This document shows, in pieces, positions 8,134 through 14,516 of a stretch of DNA of 14,516 bases. The position numbers and the translations under genes are program-made. Below the pieces are notes generated by a model, which was given only the letters and a program-made list of their open reading frames with translations, searched no databases and was not told where the DNA came from. This DNA is from Lysobacterales bacterium. GTDB lineage: Bacteria > Pseudomonadota > Gammaproteobacteria > Xanthomonadales > SZUA-5. The number at the start of each line of letters is the position of its first letter. Positions within the stretch are counted from its first letter, which is position 1. The DNA lies in contig JALHMH010000058.1 of the NCBI GenBank assembly GCA_022844165.1, positions 1 to 14,516 on the forward strand. Direction: 5' to 3'.

Positions 8134-8601
8134 TCACTCGAACCCGTTGACCAGCACGCGCTGCTGCAGCAGCGCACCCTGATCGATCCAATCGCGAATC
8201 AGGCGCTGCTCATCCAAGCTCAGAGGCGGGCGGTTGCGAGGCATGCGCTGACCGACGCCAGGGTTACCGCAATTGACCTTGCGGAACAGCAGACTGTTGC
8301 TGGACGAAAACGGCAATACCCGTTTGATTGTTGCATCCTGCGCCGAATCGACATTGACGAGATTTGCAAACGCACTGCCTGGCGTCAACGACAGGGCACC
8401 AGAGGAACTTGGCGAATGGCAGGTGGTGCACTTGGCATCCTGTTGCGGGCCGCCCGTGAATATCGGCTGGATTATCGTGTCGAACTCGACACTGCCGTTG
8501 ATCGGCGCCGGGTCCAAGGTGTCGCAGTTCATTGGATCAGGTGCCGCCTGGGCACCCGCCCCGGCAAGAATCGCAACCAAAGTAAAAACTGACCGGATCA
8601 T
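8134..8601 (-). CDS. Exported monoheme c-type cytochrome (planctomycete-type domain) with C-terminal -VLVNGFE tail
   Basis: ATG 8601 with GAGG 5 nt upstream; signal peptide ending AQA; VEFDTIIQPIF, CTTCH heme motif, SLLFRKV, RMP (candidate axial Met), LSLDEQRLIRDWIDQGA. Confidence 0.85.
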   Translation of the reverse strand: MIRSVFTLVAILAGAGAQAAPDPMNCDTLDPAPINGSVEFDTIIQPIFTGGPQQDAKCTTCHSPSSSGALSLTPGSAFANLVNVDSAQDATIKRVLPFSSSNSLLFRKVNCGNPGVGQRMPRNRPPLSLDEQRLIRDWIDQGALLQQRVLVNGFE

Positions 8602-8776
8602 TTGAACCTCATCGAGCACGAAGTTTGCCGATGATGCCGCAAGTCGCCACGATGCAACTCGACGCCCGTCAGGATTCGACACAGCACTGGGCCTTTTTTC
8701 GGTCCAGCATTCGCGGATGCGCAACGGTTGCCACCGTCGCGCAGCATAATGGCGCCATCGTTTCCGAGAAGCCATC

Positions 8777-9328
8777 ATGGGTCAGAACATACTTCCGTTG
8801 CTCATCAGCTTCCTCTTCTGGATCCCGCTGACGATACTGTTTCTCAGGCTTGCACTTCCGTTGGTTCGAGCACCGTTTTCCGATCCGGTCGTCGGTTGGG
8901 TGTACGAAGTCACCAATCCTGTATTCCGTCCCTTCGAGCGCTTCGTGCCGCGCTACCGCAATCTGAGCCTGACCGCGGTTTTGCTTTTCTGGTTCACTGC
9001 AACCTTGGAATACACGCTGCTGGTGTGGTTTAGCGGCAGCGCGTTCGCGTGGATCGTTGGCGGATTGGCAGGCGCCATCGGGTTTGCGTTGGGAGCGCTC
9101 ATGGTGTGCGTGGTGTTGTTTGCGCTGTTCAGCCTGTTCCAGCCGCGCGCCGGAACATCGATTGTGTACCTTGTCGAGCGCTTCTCTGTTCCATTGGTAC
9201 GCCACGTCAGGCGCTTCATACCCACCATTGGACCGATCGATTTATCGCCGGCCATCGTCGTCCTGGCATTGATGATCGTGCGACTGTTGCTGACCGATGG
9301 ACTTTATCGATTGGCGGCGGCGCTCTGA
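8777..9328 (+). CDS. yggT: YggT family membrane protein (two YggT repeats)
   Basis: DPVVGWVYEVTNPVFRPFERFVP and PLVRHVRRFIPTIGPIDLSP repeats; about four TM segments. Confidence 0.88.
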   Translation: MGQNILPLLISFLFWIPLTILFLRLALPLVRAPFSDPVVGWVYEVTNPVFRPFERFVPRYRNLSLTAVLLFWFTATLEYTLLVWFSGSAFAWIVGGLAGAIGFALGALMVCVVLFALFSLFQPRAGTSIVYLVERFSVPLVRHVRRFIPTIGPIDLSPAIVVLALMIVRLLLTDGLYRLAAAL

Positions 9329-9448
9329 CATGACGTGGGGAGAGTGATTTTTCTCAACGTCGCGAGTGCGGATCGCGCTACGTCGATCAAGCACTGGCAT
9401 GCTCAGGCCCGCGGCGTGTCAGCGCCGAAACTCACCTTTTGCGTCACC

Positions 9449-9523
9449 TAAGGGACTGCAAAGCCCGTGCCGCTCCGAAAAAATTTGACTCAAGTGTACA
9501 GATCCCGCTTCGTCAAGGACCCT
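9449..9523 (-). repeat. Partial copy (A) of dispersed repeat
   Basis: Aligns with 14424-14499 (shared blocks TAAGGG, CTGC, AAAGCC, GCCGCTC, TGACTCAA, GATCC, CGTCAAGGAC) and, inverted, with ~13225-13300. Confidence 0.8.
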
Positions 9524-11444
9524 CGCCATTCGATGGCACCCGCGCCAATATCGTGGCGATGTGTGCTTCGGTGAACGATTCCGAGGCTGCCGGCGGTGAG
9601 AAGTAATAGCCTTGCATGAAGCGCACACCCATGTTCCGCAGGTGCTTTAGCTGCTGGTGGTTCTCGACGCCTTCTGCAACCACATGTTGGCCGAGCTTCG
9701 CCGCCAGTGACACGATCGACTCGACAATTGCTCCATCGCGCGGGTCAGTGCCGATACCCCGCACGAAGGAACCTTCGATCTTGATTTCTGTGATCGGGAA
9801 CCGCTTTAGCCAGATGAGAGACGAAAAACCTGTTCCGAAATCATCGAGGCAGATTCGAATCCCTGATGCTCGCAGATGATCGAGTGTTCGTTGAGCCCGA
9901 TCGAGGTCGCTGACTAAAGCTGTTTCTGTGACTTCGATCGTGACCTGTTCCGGCGCTATCCCGCATCGATCCAGGGTCTGGACAAAATGTCGTTCCAGAT
10001 CGGCATTCATCAGTTCCGGCGCCGATAGATTGATTGCAAGGCGCGCCTGCAATCCTGGTACTCGCCGACACAGTTCGCGATAGTTTTCCATGGCTGCGTT
10101 GAGCGCGATCCGTCCGATCGGCACAATCAAGCCGCTGCCGACCGCTTCGTTCAAGAACCTCGCGGGCGCCAGAACGTCGCCTGCGTACCGCCAACGCAGC
10201 AGTGATTCAAAGGCAACTATTCTCGGCCCCTCGATATCGACCACCGGCTGTAACCACGACTCAAAGCCGCCCTCCGCCAGCGCTTTTCGCAACGCTTGTT
10301 CGATGTCCATGCGCTGTTGAGCACGATTGCGTTCGGAAGGATCGAATCCCTGGTGACCACTTGATTCGGCCTCGCGCAGCGCAGCGGCGGCTTCGATCAT
10401 CAAACGATCGGCGCTGAGCTGATCGCTGCCACCCGCGACCGAGTAACCTACATTCAGCGTGAGACGCAGGCGGTCGCCGTCGATATCGATCGGTTCCGCC
10501 GCCGCATTGCGAATGCGCAGCGCCCATCCTTCGACAGCCCGCGACGAAGTCTCGCCAGGCATCAGCAGCGCGAATTCGTCACGCGCAGTGCGCGCCAGGA
10601 GACGCGTTTCGTCGGCCAGTGGGGCCAGGCGTTCGGCCATTCGCTGCATCAATATCTCGCAGTACGCATGACCGCGCGTGGTCTCGATCAAGCGCACCTG
10701 CGGAACGCAAATCGCCAGCAGCGCACAGGTGTTGGATGCTTGAAGTTCTACCTGCAGCTGGTCCCGCAACATCACGCCATTCGGCAGGCTCGTGGTCGGA
10801 TCGCGCAGCGTTCGCCGCATCAATGCCTCGCGCGTAGATTCGTGCGCAGCACGTTCGAAGGCGAACGCAACCTGTGTCGCGACTGCCGCCGCGAACACCT
10901 GATCCTCGCGCGTCCACATGCGCGGACCACCCAGGTGCTCGACACACAGCAAGCCAGCATGACGGCCAAAAGTCCGGATCGGCACATCAAGCATGGCGCC
11001 AATGTTCAGAGGCCTCAGGTAGTCGCTTTCGAACTCCGCTGTCCGCAGATCGACGTGCGCATCGTCAGCCGCAACAACGAACTCCTGGCCCACCGCATCG
11101 AAGTAGCGTGGATGTGTCTTTCGCTCCAGGCGAGATGGGCCGGAGGGCTTGTCGGCCTGCCGCTGAACCAACGCACGGCGCACGATCGCATTGCGGCCAT
11201 CTTCGAATAACCAGAGGCTCACGCGCTCAACGGCAATGGTATCGCGCAGGCAGTTCAGCAAGCGCCGCAGCACGTCGTCGATTTCGGTGAAATCACCTTG
11301 CAACACCTCGACGAACGCTTGCCGATAGAGCATCGCGCGCGCGGTTGCCAAACGATGCGCCCGCTTGTCGCTGCGCCGCCGATTTTCGGTCCAGGCACAC
11401 GCAAACGCGAGCAAAGCGGCCAACGCGCCCAAAATCCACTCCAT
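9513..11444 (-). CDS. Membrane-anchored GAF + degenerate GGDEF + EAL protein, probable c-di-GMP phosphodiesterase
   Basis: ATG 11444 after GGAGG; N-terminal hydrophobic helix; GAF (RVSLWLF, AMLDVPI..GLLCVEH..RMWT.ED..FA); GGDEF site reads ARDEF; EAL domain has ESLLRW, AINLS, IEVTE, DDFGTGFSS, AEGVE, QGYYFS. Confidence 0.92.
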   Translation of the reverse strand: MEWILGALAALLAFACAWTENRRRSDKRAHRLATARAMLYRQAFVEVLQGDFTEIDDVLRRLLNCLRDTIAVERVSLWLFEDGRNAIVRRALVQRQADKPSGPSRLERKTHPRYFDAVGQEFVVAADDAHVDLRTAEFESDYLRPLNIGAMLDVPIRTFGRHAGLLCVEHLGGPRMWTREDQVFAAAVATQVAFAFERAAHESTREALMRRTLRDPTTSLPNGVMLRDQLQVELQASNTCALLAICVPQVRLIETTRGHAYCEILMQRMAERLAPLADETRLLARTARDEFALLMPGETSSRAVEGWALRIRNAAAEPIDIDGDRLRLTLNVGYSVAGGSDQLSADRLMIEAAAALREAESSGHQGFDPSERNRAQQRMDIEQALRKALAEGGFESWLQPVVDIEGPRIVAFESLLRWRYAGDVLAPARFLNEAVGSGLIVPIGRIALNAAMENYRELCRRVPGLQARLAINLSAPELMNADLERHFVQTLDRCGIAPEQVTIEVTETALVSDLDRAQRTLDHLRASGIRICLDDFGTGFSSLIWLKRFPITEIKIEGSFVRGIGTDPRDGAIVESIVSLAAKLGQHVVAEGVENHQQLKHLRNMGVRFMQGYYFSPPAASESFTEAHIATILARVPSNGEGP

Positions 11445-11537
11445 TTGCCCTCCGACCTTGCCCGTAAACCACTCGCCAGCGATCACCGCGTGTTCCGCGT
11501 ATCCTTACGCGGAGACGGCAAACAACAGGACCCAATC

Positions 11538-13208
11538 ATGCACCTTCGGCGCCTCGCTGTAGCGGCAACAATCTCGCTAATTCTGACGGGCTGCGGTAAA
11601 GACCAGTTGCCATCGGACGTCCTGGCCTACGTTCCTGCCGATACGCCCTATGTCATGGCCAGTCAAAAGCCAATGACTGCCGATGTCATGAATGCCTGGA
11701 TGGGAATCTATGGCGACAGCATGACGAAGATGTACGCCGATTTGGCCGAATCGCCAGAGATGGAGAAAATCGAGGGTGAGTTGGGCATCTGGCTGCGCGC
11801 CGCGCTGCCGGAATTTGCGCAACTGATTGGTCCCGATGGGGCGGCAAAGACCGGCATCGATTTCACCGGCCGCTACGCCCTCTACGGCGTCGATTTGCTG
11901 CCGGTCTACCGCATCGAGATTCGCGATGCCGCAAAACTGGAGGCGATGTTCGGGCGGATAGAGAAACGCGCGGGTAAGCCCATGCCGCTCAAGACCGTCG
12001 GCGATCACCGCCTTCGTCAATTCGCCAATGACCAAGCGCAGATCTTGCTCGGCAACGTTGGTCCATATTTTGTCCTGACGGTGGCACCCGCCAACGCCGA
12101 TGAAGCGCGCCTGCTCGCGTTACTCGGCGTGACTTTACCCAACGAGTCAATCGTTGACAGCGGGGCGCTGGCGGAACTGAATCAGAAAATGGGCTACGAC
12201 AGTCAGATATCGGGCTATGTCGACATCGCGAACGTATTCAAGCGCCTGTCGGGTCAGAGCGCCACCGATCTTGCAACGATCACCGCTTTCGGCGGCGAAG
12301 CGCCAAAGTTATCCGCCGACTGTACGCAGGAGCTGCAAGCGATCGCGCAGAAGATGCCGCGCGCGGTGTTTGGCGCGCGCGAGTTCACTGCAAAGAGCAT
12401 GGATTTCAACACAGTGATCGAAATCGATCACGCCCAGGCCAAAGCGATGCTGCCGATCGCTGCACCCATCCCGGGTGGCAACGCGAACGACCCGGCGATG
12501 TTCCGCTTCGCGTTTAGCGCGAACATTCCTGAGGCGGTCAAGTATCTGGGGACGATCGCAGACGCGATTAACGCGGCGCCTTATAAATGCGACGAGCTGA
12601 AGGACTTGAACGATAGCGCCATGGAACTGAAGAGCAATCTGGCCAACCCTGGTTTGGCGATGGCCGGTTCGGTGACCGCAGCGCATATCGGGCTGACCCA
12701 ACTTGAACTCGAATCTGGCGCCGAGATGCCGACGGCACTGAGTGGCTTTCTTGCGGTCGGATCGCCGACCCCGATCATGCTCTGGGGCCTTGCGCAGCAA
12801 ACCATGCCTGCACTCAGCAAGGTCACGCTCAATGCTGACGGCTCGATCGTGATGTTGCCTGATGAGACCATTCCGGCTCCCGTGGCGCTAAAGCTTAAGG
12901 CAACAATGACCGACAAAGTCCTGGCGATCGCCACACAGGACGTCAGCGATCGTGCGCTCGGTTCGCTGAAAGAAATGTCCAGCGGCGATGGCACGGTACT
13001 GCGTTATTCGGTCACCGGCGACTTTTTTGCGCTCTTCGACAAAATGATCCCCGAGCCGCCAGCCGAGATAGGAGAAGCCGAGGCAAAAAACATCGAGAAC
13101 TCGCGACAGATGTTCAAGTCATTTGGCGAGAACGTGGACTATGTGGACGTCCGCGTCAAATTGACTGAGCGTGGCATCGAGTTCGATCAGACGGGCGCTT
13201 TGAAGTGA
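11538..13208 (+). CDS. Large lipoprotein of unknown function
   Basis: ATG 11538 with AGGA RBS; MHLRRLAVAATISLILTG|C lipobox; 556 aa. The longer track start overlaps the divergent EAL gene. Confidence 0.85.
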   Translation: MHLRRLAVAATISLILTGCGKDQLPSDVLAYVPADTPYVMASQKPMTADVMNAWMGIYGDSMTKMYADLAESPEMEKIEGELGIWLRAALPEFAQLIGPDGAAKTGIDFTGRYALYGVDLLPVYRIEIRDAAKLEAMFGRIEKRAGKPMPLKTVGDHRLRQFANDQAQILLGNVGPYFVLTVAPANADEARLLALLGVTLPNESIVDSGALAELNQKMGYDSQISGYVDIANVFKRLSGQSATDLATITAFGGEAPKLSADCTQELQAIAQKMPRAVFGAREFTAKSMDFNTVIEIDHAQAKAMLPIAAPIPGGNANDPAMFRFAFSANIPEAVKYLGTIADAINAAPYKCDELKDLNDSAMELKSNLANPGLAMAGSVTAAHIGLTQLELESGAEMPTALSGFLAVGSPTPIMLWGLAQQTMPALSKVTLNADGSIVMLPDETIPAPVALKLKATMTDKVLAIATQDVSDRALGSLKEMSSGDGTVLRYSVTGDFFALFDKMIPEPPAEIGEAEAKNIENSRQMFKSFGENVDYVDVRVKLTERGIEFDQTGALK

Positions 13209-13221
13209 CATCAATATCCGG

Positions 13222-13392
13222 ACTGGAGTCCTTGATGAAGCTGGATCTTGTCATTTGAGTCAAATTTTCTTAGGAGCGGCTTTGGCTTTTGCAGCCCCCT
13301 TGAGTCAAGGGGGCGCGCGAAGCGCAGGGTTGTGGCGAGTACGCTGTCGGACGAAGCCAACAATGCTCGGCGGTCTGAGGCGAAGCCTCGCC
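13222..13392 (+). repeat. Full copy (B) of hairpin-rich dispersed repeat (REP/MITE-like)
   Basis: Inverted match to 14323-14502: 67/76 identities in the first block and 50/53 in the last (hand-counted). Hairpins GCCCCCTTGA-G-TCAAGGGGGC, GCGC-GAA-GCGC and GAGGC-GAA-GCCTC. Confidence 0.9.
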
Positions 13393-13395
13393 AGG

Positions 13396-13992
13396 ATGAT
13401 GCGCACCGCAGCTGTCTTGGCGCTGGTACTTCTGCTGAACGGCTGCGCCAATGTGCCTCGTTTGGTGGAACCTGCCGATGGCGAAATGCGTCTGTCCGAA
13501 CGGGAATCCGCGCTGTTCGAGAGAACGCACTTCTCGCTCAACGGGAGAATTGCGGTCAGCAACGCCAAAGATGGCGGCAGTGGTCGATTCTTTTGGCGCC
13601 AAAAGGGCGAGTCATTCGAGTTGCGTTTCGTAGCGCCTGTTGGCTCCCAGAACTGGCGCATCGAATCGCGCCCAGGCCAGGCCAGGCTCATCGCATCGGA
13701 TGGTACGGCGCGGATTGCAGCGACTGCGGATGAGCTTTTGGCACGCGAACTTGGTTGGCGCGTACCCTCGCGTTCGATGCGTTATTGGATTTTGGGCATG
13801 CGCGCACCGGAAGCGGATGCCAGAGCAATCTTCGATGATGCTGGAAATCTCCAGTCGCTCAATCAAGCGGGTTGGCAAATCGACTATATTCGATTCGATC
13901 CCGCACTCATTCCGCCGCTGCCGACCAAGCTCTTTGCGCGTTCTGGAGACAATGAGGTTCGGATCAGTATCCGGCAATGGCAGTTTGAATGA
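13396..13992 (+). CDS. lolB: Outer-membrane lipoprotein receptor LolB
   Basis: MMRTAAVLALVLLLNG|C lipobox; FSLNGRIAVS, GGSGRFFWRQ, L..ELGWRVP..MRYWILG, LNQAGWQIDY, LPTKL, VRISIRQW. Start at 13396 or 13399. Confidence 0.92.
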   Translation: MMRTAAVLALVLLLNGCANVPRLVEPADGEMRLSERESALFERTHFSLNGRIAVSNAKDGGSGRFFWRQKGESFELRFVAPVGSQNWRIESRPGQARLIASDGTARIAATADELLARELGWRVPSRSMRYWILGMRAPEADARAIFDDAGNLQSLNQAGWQIDYIRFDPALIPPLPTKLFARSGDNEVRISIRQWQFE

Positions 13993-14017
13993 CAACGCGC
14001 GCTCTCGCCGACAACGG

Positions 14018-14220
14018 TTTTGCACAAGCCTGTGGTATGCGACACAGGCACTGAGCAAACCGCGAACGCGCACGGCGTGAGCGATGCAAGCCATTGATTT
14101 ACCTGAATCCTGACGTAGCGATCAGGAACCAACCAATGCGTTCGGAACCGCGCCAGGGCGCGCTTCCCTGCAACCGTCCACGGACACATCCACAGACTTA
14201 TCCACAGGCGTTGTGGAAAA
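14018..14220. promoter_or_regulatory. DnaA-box cluster (DARS/datA-like)
   Basis: TTWTNCACA matches at 14018-14026 (TTTTGCACA), 14198-14206 (TTATCCACA) and inverted at 14212-14220 (TGTGGAAAA); 2-mismatch box ACATCCACA at 14186-14194. Confidence 0.7.
14087..14099 (-). promoter_or_regulatory. IHF binding site consensus
   Basis: Minus strand AATCAATGGCTTG matches WATCAANNNNTTR exactly and lies between DnaA boxes. Confidence 0.6.
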
Positions 14221-14322
14221 GGTGGTGATTGGCTGATTTATCAGAGAAATGTATCCGAAACTTAAAGCTCGATCTTAACTGTCGCCGCGTCTACTAAGCA
14301 GGCTTTGAAGAAACAGTCTGCA

Positions 14323-14502
14323 GGCGAGGCTTCGCCTCCGACCGCCGAGCATTGTTGGCTTCGCTCGACAGCGTAGTGCCACAACCCCCATCGAGCGCTG
14401 CGCGCTCAATCGCCCCCTTCATTTAAGGGCTGCCAAAGCCAAAGCCGCTCTGAAGAAAATCTGACTCAATTGACAAGATCCGGCTCCGTCAAGGACTCTA
14501 GT
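14323..14502 (-). repeat. Full copy (C) of hairpin-rich dispersed repeat
   Basis: Reverse complement aligns with 13222-13392; middle hairpin is ATTGAGCGC-GCA-GCGCTCGAT. Confidence 0.9.
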
Positions 14503-14516
14503 GTGGTGTCCCAAAA

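Noticed and set aside
8602-8778. N-terminal extension of the cytochrome ORF (similarly 3807, 11298, 11486 and 13255 starts)
   Set aside because: Downstream ATGs give proper signal peptides or lipoboxes, mostly with better RBSs; the lolB extension is simply translated repeat B.
13989-14054. 21-aa ORF overlapping the lolB stop (ATGA), considered as an ispE remnant
   Set aside because: No PAKLNL-type motif; too short to support.
14018-14280. Chromosomal origin oriC
   Set aside because: No dnaA/dnaN/gidA nearby, few boxes and no clear AT-rich unwinding repeats; a DARS/datA-like site fits better, though oriC is not formally excluded.
13222-14502. Composite transposon, CRISPR array or integron attC interpretation of the repeats
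   Set aside because: No transposase, integrase or target-site duplication, no regular repeat-spacer period, and no attC RYYYAAC/GTTRRRY ends recognised.

Overview
GC-rich gammaproteobacterial chromosomal window (Xanthomonadales-like by inference). No tRNA, rRNA, CRISPR array or transposase is visible. The left end holds a minus-strand operon of three signal-peptide proteins: one with a C-terminal dockerin-like duplicated Ca2+-loop/helix module, one stand-alone cohesin-like protein, and a third (cut by the window edge, absent from the ORF track) whose N-terminus also looks cohesin-like. Together they suggest a non-cellulosomal cohesin-dockerin complex. Next come ruvA plus an RsuA/RluB-family pseudouridine synthase, a FadL/PorV-like outer-membrane barrel, an LpxL-family acyltransferase, a CHAD protein, a hypothetical protein, an exported planctomycete-type cytochrome c ending in -NGFE, yggT, a GAF-GGDEF(degenerate)-EAL protein, a large lipoprotein and lolB. 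Non-coding highlights are a hairpin-rich dispersed repeat (two ~170-180 bp copies inverted around lolB, a partial copy that supplies the EAL gene's stop codon, and possibly a fourth diverged copy) and a DnaA-box cluster with a perfect IHF site resembling DARS/datA elements. ruvA, yggT and lolB all lack their usual operon neighbours. All family calls are by-eye motif recognition; no searches were run.
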